From Paracoccaceae bacterium (GTDB lineage Bacteria > Pseudomonadota > Alphaproteobacteria > Rhodobacterales > Rhodobacteraceae), in NCBI GenBank assembly GCA_965221935.1, contig CBDCSZ010000063.1:57764-121763 (forward strand): DNA of 64,000 nt. Reading direction: 5' to 3'. The notes under the pieces are model-generated. The model was not told the origin of the DNA. It ran no database searches and saw only the letters and a list, made by a program, of their open reading frames with translations. This document shows positions 27,553 through 36,641 of this stretch, piece after piece (positions within the stretch are counted from its first letter, which is position 1; the number at the start of each line of letters is the position of its first letter). The translations under genes and the position numbers were made by a program.

Positions 27553-28547
27553 TGCCGCTGCTTGACGTCGAAAACCTGACCCTGCAGTTCGACACCGACG
27601 AGGGAAGGGTCACGGCCGTCGAGGAGTTCTCGCTGAGCCTGGAGGCCGGCGAAATCGTCGGCCTTGTGGGCGAGAGCGGCTCCGGCAAGTCCGTCACCGC
27701 CAAGTCGCTGATGAAGCTCAACGCCGGCAATGCGGTCTACAGCGGAGAAACCGGGATCACGCTGCATCTTGAGCAAGGTCCGGTCGACATCATGAGCCTC
27801 AGGTCGGCCAGGGAACTGCAGCTCGTGCGCGGCGGCGCCATCTCGATGATTTTCCAGGAACCGATGGCGAGCTTTGCGCCGGCGCTGACGGTCGGCGACC
27901 AGATGGTCGAGCAGCTGCAGATCCACACCGACATGTCGCCCGCAGAGTGCCGCACCCTGTCTATCGACATGCTCGAGAGGGTCGGAATCGCCGATGCCGC
28001 CAAGCGTTTCAGGCAGTTCGCCTTCGAGCTGTCCGGCGGCATGCGGCAGCGGGCAATGATCGCCATGGCGCTGTCGACGCGGCCGAAGCTGTTGATCGCC
28101 GATGAGCCGACAACCGCCCTCGACGTCACCATTCAGGCCCAGGTGATCGACCTGATGAAGGACCTGGTTCAGGAATTCGGAATGGCGATCATCTTCATCA
28201 CCCACGATCTCGGAGTGGTGGCGCAGACCGCCGATACCGTCGCCGTGATGTATCTCGGCCGGCTGGTCGAGAAAGGGCCGGTGCAGGAAGTCATCAAGAA
28301 TCCTTCCCATCCCTACACCAGGGGACTGCTCGAAGCCCTGCCGCGGCTGTCCGATCTTGACGCGCCGCTGACGCCGGTGCCGGGCGACATACCCTCGCCG
28401 CTGGAGCGGCCGGCCGGCTGCGTGTTCCAGACCCGCTGCCCGTCACTGGTCGGAAACGTGTGCCGGTCGGTGATACCGGACTTCCGGACCATCGGGCCGC
28501 GGCACCGCTCGGCGTGCCATCTGGTTGCGGCGGAGCGGGCGGCATGA
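27552..28547 (+). CDS. ABC transporter ATP-binding protein (DppD-like), near-identical duplicate
   Basis: The protein string is identical by eye to 19739..20734. Confidence 0.8.
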   Translation: MPLLDVENLTLQFDTDEGRVTAVEEFSLSLEAGEIVGLVGESGSGKSVTAKSLMKLNAGNAVYSGETGITLHLEQGPVDIMSLRSARELQLVRGGAISMIFQEPMASFAPALTVGDQMVEQLQIHTDMSPAECRTLSIDMLERVGIADAAKRFRQFAFELSGGMRQRAMIAMALSTRPKLLIADEPTTALDVTIQAQVIDLMKDLVQEFGMAIIFITHDLGVVAQTADTVAVMYLGRLVEKGPVQEVIKNPSHPYTRGLLEALPRLSDLDAPLTPVPGDIPSPLERPAGCVFQTRCPSLVGNVCRSVIPDFRTIGPRHRSACHLVAAERAA

Positions 28548-29545
28548 GCCGCGACGTCCTGATTTCCGCCCGAAACCTTTCCGTCCGGTTTCCGCTTCGC
28601 GGCGGTCTTTTTGAGGAGAAGACCTATGTGCGCGCGGTGGAAAATGTCAGCATCGACATCGAAAAAGGGACGTTCTTCGGCCTCGTCGGTGAATCCGGCT
28701 CCGGCAAGACGACGCTCGGCCGGGCCCTGCTGCTGGCCAATCCGATCACGGAGGGCGAAGTCACCTATTCCGACGGCCAGGTGAGCTATGACCTGCGGAA
28801 TATCACCGCACAGCAGCGCCGCGATTATTATTCACGGGCCCAGCTGATCTTCCAGGATCCATATGCGGCGCTCAGCCCGCGCATGACCGTCCGGGACATC
28901 ATCGCCGAGCCGCTCGAAGTGATGAGGCTGACCCGGTCGCGGGCCGAAACCGACGAAAGAGTGCGCGAGTTCGCCGCCAAGTGCCGGTTGAACCTGGAGC
29001 ACCTGCGGCGGTTTCCGCATGCGTTTTCGGGCGGCCAGCGCCAGCGGATATCGATAGCCCGGGCATTGGTGTCGCGGCCGCGGTTCGTGGTCGCCGACGA
29101 AAGCGTCGCGGCGCTCGATGTCTCGATCCAGGCCGATGTGCTCAATCTCCTGAAATCCATTCAGCGCGAGCTCGGCCTCACCTTCCTGTTCATCAGCCAC
29201 GATCTGAGCGTGGTGGCGCATATCTGTGACCATGTCGCGCTGATGTATTTCGGGCGGCTGGTTGAGACCGCCCCGACGCGGCGCCTTTTTGCGAACCCGA
29301 AACACCCCTATACCAAGGCCCTGCTGTCGGCCATTCCCTCGCTCGACCCGGACGTGCGCGGCACAGGGCAGAAGCTCGAGGGCGAGATTCCGTCACAGAC
29401 GAATCCGCCGCCCGGCTGCAAGTTCCAGACCCGCTGCCCGTTTGCGGTCGATCACTGCCGGGAAGAGGAACCGGCGCTGGAACCCGTCGAGGGAGAACAC
29501 AATGTCGCCTGCCACAGGTGGCGGGAACTCGAGGCCGCCGCCTGA
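28544..29545 (+). CDS. ABC transporter ATP-binding protein (DppF-like), near-identical duplicate
   Basis: The protein is identical to 20731..21732 except for one residue (EKGKFFGL versus EKGTFFGL). Confidence 0.8.
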   Translation: MSRDVLISARNLSVRFPLRGGLFEEKTYVRAVENVSIDIEKGTFFGLVGESGSGKTTLGRALLLANPITEGEVTYSDGQVSYDLRNITAQQRRDYYSRAQLIFQDPYAALSPRMTVRDIIAEPLEVMRLTRSRAETDERVREFAAKCRLNLEHLRRFPHAFSGGQRQRISIARALVSRPRFVVADESVAALDVSIQADVLNLLKSIQRELGLTFLFISHDLSVVAHICDHVALMYFGRLVETAPTRRLFANPKHPYTKALLSAIPSLDPDVRGTGQKLEGEIPSQTNPPPGCKFQTRCPFAVDHCREEEPALEPVEGEHNVACHRWRELEAAA

Positions 29546-29699
29546 CGGGAATGCGCCTTCCGAACCGGCCAGGCGCAGTTCCAGACAGAATTCAGACCGG
29601 ACCCGGCGCCGGGGCGATACCGGGTTCGCATCATCCGGATTGGCGCAGGCCGGCGGCGGAAAGCGTCCGCCTCCGAATTTGAAAGCGCCAGGCACTTGG

Positions 29700-30725
29700 T
29701 CTGACGGCGCCGGCACCTGCTCTTTACGGCGCACCGGCGGGAGATTCCCAGCCGAGCCGGCAGGTCTTCAAGTTGGTCACGCAATAACCGGAATTCGATG
29801 AAACGATGGCCGGCGGCGCGCGCCCGCAGTCAGGCAGCCACAACTTTTCCTCAGTTCAGCCGCTGGTCAACTGCGTCGGGGACAATGAGCGTGACGGTTT
29901 TGATATAGTCATTGTTGAAGAGTTTCATCACGCCGCGGCAAGCAGCTATGAGCGCTTGCTTAAACGACTGAATCCAAAAGCCCAGCCCGGACATAAGGCA
30001 ACACCGGAACGCGCTGACGGCAGATCGGTGTTCGAGTGGTTTGACAGCCGGATCAAGTCAGTGTCCCGCCTGTGGGATGCGCTGGATCATGGCCCGCTGT
30101 GCCCGTTCCATTGTTTCGGCGTGAAGGATCCGACTGATCCCGTTATGGTGCGGTATGCACGAGGCCGTTAAGTCGGGGGACAGCTGGGCGATGAGCTCAC
30201 CGGCGATCAGGTGCGGGGATTGAGAATCCGGCAGGCGGTTGAGAGACTTGTGACCGTTCCCGACCAGTTGTGCGCCCCTGGTTTTGCGCCGGGGCTGGCC
30301 ATGCGCGCCTCGTGGCGAGATTTTTTGCCGGTGCCGGCTGCCCATCGGCCCCGCTCGACGTCATACGCCGGTCGAAGGCCTCGCACGCCGCCGGCGCGGC
30401 TGCGGCAGCGAAAGATTCGTGCGATCTTTGCTGTCGACCTGTTCAACGATGGTTTGGACCTGCATAAAGTGGACACCGTGTTGATGCTTCATCCGACAGA
30501 AAGCGCCACCGTGTTTCTGCAGCAGTTCGGACGGCATTGCGATGGGCCGAGGACTGGCCGGCGATGACCGCACTTGATTTTGTTAACCAGGTGCGCCGCG
30601 AATATCGCTATGAATTTCGCTTCCAGGCCATTGCCGGAGGCACACGGCATCAGGGCAGGAGTTTGCAGCACAATGTTGCATAGAGATTTGACTTCTGTCA
30701 GTTTGATTTGGCAAGAGCCCGAACG
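29700..30725 (+). pseudogene. DUF3427-type helicase, copy 2, 5'/middle fragment, multiply frameshifted
   Basis: Contains helicase motif II context (FDIVIVEEFHHAAASSYERLL), a degenerate motif III (KATPERADGRSVFEWF), and then CPFHCFGV and IRAIFAVDLFNDGLDL in shifted frames. It is about 80% nucleotide-similar by eye to 11379 onward. Confidence 0.7.
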
Positions 30726-30757
30726 CATGCGCAAACGGAACGAGGAAGGAAGCCCCC

Positions 30758-31975
30758 ATGGCAGTTTCGGCGGTATCGCGCGTGGAAGTCGTAGAGTTCA
30801 CCTTTCAGTTGAGGAATTTGGGGGTCGCGAAATCGAAGGGGCCAGCCACGCAATATAGTGGTGCCACGCCTGGCGGTTCGATCGAATACGCGCCAGGCCA
30901 AATGGCGACCCTGTCGCGCTTTGCGGTAAAAGTCGAAACCGAAGATGGGTGCCGAGGCGAGTATGTGCCGCATTTCAGTACGCGGGCGACATTGGCACAG
31001 TCGCTCATGCTGGCGCCGCTGCTGGTCGGGCGCGACGCGGAGGCCCGTGAAGGAATTTACGACGACATGAAGCGGGAGCTTCGCCAATATGACCATATGG
31101 GCCAAGGCCCGATTGACATCGCACTCTGGGATCTTGCGGGCAAGAAGTATGGTGTGCCAGTCGCAAAGCTTCTTGGAGGCTACCGGAAGCGGCTTCCCGC
31201 TTATGCTTCGACATTTCACGGCGATCGAAACGGCGGCCTTGAAAGTAAGGAGGCATTTGCCGATTTCGCGTTTCAATGCCTTGAGCTGGGATATCCTGCC
31301 TACAAGATACACGGCTGGCATGAGGGCGACCCCCGAGAAGAAGCTGAAAACCTCCTTCATGTCCGGAAATCCGTCGGCGACAGAATGGCATTGATGCTTG
31401 ACTGCGCATGTGAACTCCGCACGCTGGCAGACGCGATCTATGTCGGCCGAGCCTGCGACGACGCAGGATTTTTCTGGTACGAAGATCCGTACCGGGATGC
31501 CGGCACCAGCGCCCATTCCCACCGCCTACTGCGCGAGAGAATCCGGACGCCGCTCCTCCAGACGGAGCACATTCGTGGCGTCGAACCGAAGGCGGATTTC
31601 GTGCTCGCGGGCGGCACCGACTTTCTGCGCGCTGATCCAGATTACGACATGGGGATCACAGGCGCACTGAAGATTGCGCATCTTTCCGAAGCGCTGGGCA
31701 TAGACTGCGAAATCCATGCCTCGGGGCCAGCTCACCGCGCACTAATGAGCGCCATGCGGAACACGAATTTTTACGAGGTGGCACTGGTGCATCCAGACTG
31801 CGACAACCCGATTCCACCGGTTTATGCTTGCGGCTATACCGACCAGATCGACTGCATCGGAGGCGATGGGTGCGTTCCGGTTCCGGATGGCCCTGGTCTC
31901 GGGGTCGTCTACGACTGGGAGTTTATCGATGGGAACGTGCAGGAGCGGCACGTTTTCGGTTCCAAGACATCTTGA
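30758..31975 (+). CDS. enolase-superfamily enzyme (mandelate racemase/muconate lactonizing family)
   Basis: 405 aa. Contains DIALWDLAGKKYGVPVAKLLGG and downstream acidic metal-ligand regions. The start follows GAGGAAGGA. Confidence 0.8.
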   Translation: MAVSAVSRVEVVEFTFQLRNLGVAKSKGPATQYSGATPGGSIEYAPGQMATLSRFAVKVETEDGCRGEYVPHFSTRATLAQSLMLAPLLVGRDAEAREGIYDDMKRELRQYDHMGQGPIDIALWDLAGKKYGVPVAKLLGGYRKRLPAYASTFHGDRNGGLESKEAFADFAFQCLELGYPAYKIHGWHEGDPREEAENLLHVRKSVGDRMALMLDCACELRTLADAIYVGRACDDAGFFWYEDPYRDAGTSAHSHRLLRERIRTPLLQTEHIRGVEPKADFVLAGGTDFLRADPDYDMGITGALKIAHLSEALGIDCEIHASGPAHRALMSAMRNTNFYEVALVHPDCDNPIPPVYACGYTDQIDCIGGDGCVPVPDGPGLGVVYDWEFIDGNVQERHVFGSKTS

Positions 31976-31988
31976 TGGGAGGATACGC

Positions 31989-33167
31989 ATGAGTCTTGCA
32001 GGATCGGAATTGTACCCTGCTGCGAAGCGACGGTTGAGACTTGGAATCGTTGGCGGCGGCCGAGGCTTGGTCGGCCAATGGCATTGGGCGGGCGCGCGCC
32101 TTTCAAATCGCTGGGAGTTGGTTGCCGGCGCTCTTTCCGCGGATGCAGGAGTGGCACGTTCGTCAGGGCGCGCATGGATGCTTCCGGAAGACCGCATCTA
32201 TACAGATTACGAAGAAATGGCGAAAGCCGAAGCGGTTCGTGATGACGGGATTGAAGCGGTGGTGATCGCCACACCCAACTGGACCCATCGGCATATCGCC
32301 GAGACGTTCATGAATGCCGGAATCGATATAATTTGCGACAAGCCGATGGCAATTTCGCAACAGGACTGCACCGCATTGGTTGCGCTTCAGAAAGAAACCG
32401 GATTGGTCTTCGCCATTACCCATCCCTACCCCTACCACCCAATGGTGCGTCAGGCCCACAAAATGGTGAGAGCAGGCACAATTGGGAAAGTGCGGCAAGC
32501 ACTTGTGGAATACGCGCAGGATTGGGCCACCGTTCCTGAAGATCCGGAATTTCGAACATTGGCCTGGAGGCGCGACCCGTCAAAGATCGGACGTGCATCA
32601 GCAACCGGAGATATCGGCACCCACGCGCTCCAGATGATTGAGTTTGTCTCGGGATTGAATGTCAATCAGCTCCGTGCAGAGTTTCACGTCTGTGGCGCCC
32701 CCAAGGCCATGGAGGACACCGCCTATATCAATCTCCGGTTTGATAACGGAGCCCCGGGTTCACTTTGGGTGACGCAGGCGGCGCCGGGCAACTATTGCGC
32801 TCTTCGTTTCCGAGTTTTCGGCGACAGGGGCGGGCTTGAATGGAACCAGGAGTTTCCCGAGCATCTCCGGTATTCACCGGTCGACGAGCCCGAACAGACA
32901 ATTGTGCGCGGCCACGGCGCAGGCATCCTGCCGGACGCGGAGCGCATGGCGCTCTTGCCCCGCGGACATGTCGAGGGACTATCCGACGCTTGGGGCAACC
33001 TCTACGCGGAAGCTGCTATCGCCATAGAGGCTCGCCGAAATGGCGGCACAGTGCCGGAAGGACTTCTCGCTCTCCCGGACATTCACACAGGCGCGCGCGG
33101 CGTGCATTTTGTTAATGCGGCTGCCGACAGCCATGAGGCTGGCGGGGTTTGGATGGATCTCAAGTGA
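31989..33167 (+). CDS. Gfo/Idh/MocA-family oxidoreductase
   Basis: ORF 31824..33167. I chose ATG 31989 after GGGAGGA. The N-terminal Rossmann motif is LGIVGGGRG and the string ICDKPMA is present. Confidence 0.8.
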   Translation: MSLAGSELYPAAKRRLRLGIVGGGRGLVGQWHWAGARLSNRWELVAGALSADAGVARSSGRAWMLPEDRIYTDYEEMAKAEAVRDDGIEAVVIATPNWTHRHIAETFMNAGIDIICDKPMAISQQDCTALVALQKETGLVFAITHPYPYHPMVRQAHKMVRAGTIGKVRQALVEYAQDWATVPEDPEFRTLAWRRDPSKIGRASATGDIGTHALQMIEFVSGLNVNQLRAEFHVCGAPKAMEDTAYINLRFDNGAPGSLWVTQAAPGNYCALRFRVFGDRGGLEWNQEFPEHLRYSPVDEPEQTIVRGHGAGILPDAERMALLPRGHVEGLSDAWGNLYAEAAIAIEARRNGGTVPEGLLALPDIHTGARGVHFVNAAADSHEAGGVWMDLK

Positions 33168-33699
33168 GACGGTCCATCGATATTGGCTGGCGCCAAGACT
33201 CAAAGTTAGGCGTAAGGCTGAGCGAAGACCTTGGCCAGACCGCCATAGCGCCAACTGGATTACGGGCGGATTTCGCTTAGTCGGCAATCTGGCAATTGCC
33301 GTCTGGCACAATCCTCTGCCGCAATTGAGTGTGCCGCGATTTCAATGCAAATTGTGCCGCGCACAGAGTGGATTGTCAGGGATCTTTCCGGCCGGATGAA
33401 CTCGTTCATTTGGCTGAAACCAATTGCGGCTGTGAACAGGCGCCGCACGTGACGGCAAAGAGCACGAATTGTTGCCAATGACAGATTCGGACTCAGGAGT
33501 CCCGATATGCCGAACGTCACGGCAGGTGCGTTGTGCCGATTCAATATTAAAGATCAGCGGCGTCACAAGCGATCGCCAAACGAAGTCGTAACCCTCTGAA
33601 TATGCGGCGGATTTCTCCACCGAAGATCGCGGTCATCTTCCGGACCATTTCCGGGGATTAACCTGCATTTCTCATACCTTATTGTGAGTCCCTCCGCCC

Positions 33700-34250
33700 G
33701 ACGGATTTCCGAGATTTTCGGCTGCGCCGCCGGCGGGGCGGTCAGCCAGGCGGCGGCGAAGGCCTCCCGGTCCGGGCATGCGCTGGACAGGGCGAAGTGG
33801 ATGCGCCGGACCGAGATCCGGACCCGGGCCCCGAGTTTCAGAAGCCGCAGCCGCAGCGTCTCCGGCGCCGAACAGGTTTGACGGGGAGCGGTCCGCGAAC
33901 AGGCCGGTGTTGAGATCTTTCGCACGGTTTTCCGCGTCGCCCCTGGCACAGTGATAATCCTCGTAGAGCTTCTTGGCGGAATGCCCGGAGGCCGGAAGCG
34001 CGATGACGATGAAGCGCGCGTTGGGCTTCGGGGCGCCGCTTCCGGGAAGCGCCTCTGCCTTGCCGATCACACGCCGGACCCGGCTCCATCTGCTCCGCGT
34101 GCGGTGTGTGAAAGAGCGGAACCGCCGCGACTTCCGGCCGGTCACGGCCGCGCGGCTCCGCGAGCACCGCAACTGGCGCGCAATTTTCGCCTCCAGACCG
34201 GCGTTGCGGGCCACGCCGATGACATAGTCCACCCCCATAGTGCGCCCGCG
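33700..34250 (-). mobile_element. IS1380-family transposase gene remnant (C-terminal part, frameshifted, 5'-truncated)
   Basis: YVIGVARN...LYEDYHCARGDAENRAKDL..LFADR (ORF 33672..34307) continues in another frame as LRLRLLKLGARVRISVRRIHFALSSACP (ORF 33563..33949). This is the pattern I associate with IS1380 transposases. There is no N-terminal half. Confidence 0.55.
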
Positions 34251-34261
34251 CCAGGACATGA

Positions 34262-34430
34262 TGGACTCCCGGCAGATGAGAATCCTGTGAGAACTCGAAT
34301 GGCCCATGGCAGGCTGGCTGTGCCAGTCTGGGAATGTGGTTGCAGATTGAGGATCAGAATCAGAGCATCTGCCGATCCGCCGCCCGGCCTCATGCCCGCT
34401 GCGGCGCGGGTCCCGAAGGCCGGTAGTTCA
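34262..34430 (+). pseudogene. DUF3427-type helicase, copy 2, extreme 3' end
   Basis: atgagaatcctgtgagaactcgaatggcccatggcaggctggctg... parallels 13074-13226 of copy 1 (MRILWELERPMPGWL) and is in the same convergent position relative to the sulfatase paralog. Confidence 0.6.
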
Positions 34431-36000
34431 CCGTTCCGCCGGCAGTGACCTTCATATCGGAAAGCGTGTGGTCGGCATGCCTCATGCGATGGTCCAGCAG
34501 CTTTCCGGTCAGGCGCAGAACTTCGCCGGCATAATCCTGATCGTCCGCGAGGTTTCGGAATTCGCCGTCGGCCGACTGCGTGTCAAACAGCAGCGGCGGC
34601 AGACCGCCGTTGAAATGGACGAACCGGTAGCGGTCCTCCTGAATGACCGCAAAATTGGCCTCGCGCATGCTGATCCCCAATTCCCGCTGGCAGTGGGTGT
34701 AGCCAACCCATTCCGGCGGGCAGCGGGTATGGCATTCCGGATCGCCGAACTCCATCTCGGCATAGGCATAGTCCCGCCAGCCGGACGGGGCATCTCCCTC
34801 CAGCCACGGCAGCAGCGAAACGCCGTTCATGGCGACCGGAACGTCGCCCGCGAGCCAATCGAGAATCGTCGGAGACACATCGACGGATTCAGTAAAGGCG
34901 TCAAGCTGACTGCCGTTGCAGGACGGGCGCTTCGGGTCGCGGATAACCAGTGGCACGCGCGTTGCGGCATCGTAGAACGACAGCTTGCCCCATTGCCGGC
35001 GCTCCCCAAGCATCTCGCCATGATCGGAGGTGAATATAATCAGTGTGTCGTCGTACTGCCCGGTGTCTTTCAGGAACCGGATCAGGCGGCCAAAATGATG
35101 ATCAACTTCACTGACCAGCCCGAAATAGACCGCGCACAAGGTCGCCACATCGCGCGGATCTTCATTGTCGAGATGGCAGTTGGAAGTCTCAATATAGTCG
35201 TTGATCATGTCAAACCCCGCCAGATCGGCGGCAACAAACGGATGAACCGCCGCCTCAGCTTCCGGCGTCGCCAGTCGGGCCGGCGGCGGAATTTCATCCG
35301 CGCGGTACATCCGGTTATAGGGTTCCGGGGCGATGAACGGGTCGTGCGGCCGAATGTAGGCCACGTGCGCAAACCACGCCTGGCCGGTCCGGACGGCAAG
35401 CTCCTTCATGAATTCATCCGTCAGAAACGCCGTGTCGCTGTCTTCGGCGCGGTAGAATGCGGGATCGTCCGGGCGCGGCCCGGTTTCCGGATCGAAATCC
35501 TGCGGCGAGAAGAATCGACTGTAATTATTTGGCAAGCCATAGCCCTTGGCCTTGAGATGCGCCTTCCACGCAAAGCAGTCGTAACCCTGCTGCTGCGGCA
35601 CGACCTCCTTGAACCCCGGTGCCGGGCTTTCTGGGATCCTGATCGCCGGATCACTGGGGTGCAGGAACCGGGGATCGGCACTGAAATCGGTGAAACCGAA
35701 CAGCAAGGGCTCATAACCCCTTTTCCGCGCTTCGAGCGCGAGGTTTGAAATGTCCGCGCGCAGCGGCGTGCCGTTGCGCACGGACCGGTGATTCATCGCA
35801 TAGAGGCCGGTCAGGAGACTGGTTCGGGACGGACCGCAGGGACAGGTGGCCGTATAGTGCCTGCGGAATGTGACGGCATCCTCCATGAATTCCCGCAGAT
35901 TTGGCATCACCGGCCGGCCGTTGATGGCCAGCTGCAGGCAGTCCGCCCGAAGATCGTCGCAAACGATAAACAGGACATTTCCACGATTCTTTTCGACCAT
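34390..36000 (-). CDS. sulfatase-family hydrolase, Cys-type, no signal peptide (paralog of 13186..14760)
   Basis: ORF 34390..36015. I chose ATG 36000 after GAGGAGGA. Motifs seen: LFIVCDDLRAD, C-G-P-S-R (CPCGPSRTSLLTG), FTSDHGEMLG. It is about 80% identical by eye to the first copy. Confidence 0.85.
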   Translation of the reverse strand: MVEKNRGNVLFIVCDDLRADCLQLAINGRPVMPNLREFMEDAVTFRRHYTATCPCGPSRTSLLTGLYAMNHRSVRNGTPLRADISNLALEARKRGYEPLLFGFTDFSADPRFLHPSDPAIRIPESPAPGFKEVVPQQQGYDCFAWKAHLKAKGYGLPNNYSRFFSPQDFDPETGPRPDDPAFYRAEDSDTAFLTDEFMKELAVRTGQAWFAHVAYIRPHDPFIAPEPYNRMYRADEIPPPARLATPEAEAAVHPFVAADLAGFDMINDYIETSNCHLDNEDPRDVATLCAVYFGLVSEVDHHFGRLIRFLKDTGQYDDTLIIFTSDHGEMLGERRQWGKLSFYDAATRVPLVIRDPKRPSCNGSQLDAFTESVDVSPTILDWLAGDVPVAMNGVSLLPWLEGDAPSGWRDYAYAEMEFGDPECHTRCPPEWVGYTHCQRELGISMREANFAVIQEDRYRFVHFNGGLPPLLFDTQSADGEFRNLADDQDYAGEVLRLTGKLLDHRMRHADHTLSDMKVTAGGTVNYRPSGPAPQRA

Positions 36001-36153
36001 TGCCTTCCTCCTCAATGCCGGGAATTCCGTTGCGTTCAGTCTTCAGGAACCGGCAGGTTCAGCGCCTGACCACGCAACGAAGTTTGAATGCAGAGTTCCA
36101 AGCTGTACAAAAAGCTGTGCTTGCTCGCTACATTTGGGACGCGTGGCCTCCTT

Positions 36154-36440
36154 CAATTCGCCGTGATTCGAGGAACCAATTTGGCACCCGCCAATCAATC
36201 GCGCTGTGCAGCCCTTTATGTTGTAAAAGTCGACATATTTGTTGATGAGCGGTCTCATCGCTGTGATGCTTGCCGCCTCGTCCGGGGCACAGTGGAATTG
36301 GTTCCGCCGAGTCGCCTGCATTCTCTCGACGCGTCCGTTCATTGTCGGCCCAGGAACCGGCTGCAGCCGGCTCAGGCTGGGAAAGAAATGGCGTTGATCC
36401 TCCGGAGGGCGCGCCTGAAGGAATCTTCGGCCGCATCCTA
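36154..36440 (-). pseudogene. integrase-core (rve) transposase remnant, IS481/IS3-like
   Basis: Within ORF 36043..36534, the strings PTMNGRVERMQATRRNQF and ...YVDFYNIKGCTARLIGG resemble the P.TNGKVERF..T...E and ..YN..RPH.ALGG C-terminal patterns of rve transposases. The match is degenerate. Confidence 0.35.
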
Positions 36441-36641
36441 CAGCAGAAACTTCGACCGCCGGGCATGCGCAACGGTCCGATCGGCACGGCGATTCCACGC
36501 CGCGCCGATTCACTTCATATGCGCCCAGGGCCACTTGTCGCCGCAGTGCGCGCAGCCAGCCTACTGGTCAATCACCGCCCGTCCGGGATGATCAGCCGGC
36601 GGGAAAAGGCAGCGGCGTCACCCGCCGCTGCCGAGTTTATT

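Larger units (their letters stand above)
21885..29696 (+). repeat. copy 2 of the tandem segmental duplication (decayed, carries an IS)
   Basis: Colinear with 16786..21883. The coordinate offset is 5099 at the start, 4960 through the first permease, and 7813 after the IS. These offsets are accounted for by a net 139-nt loss in the SBP fragment, a 456-nt deletion, and a 3309-nt gain (the IS plus its target duplication). Confidence 0.9.
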
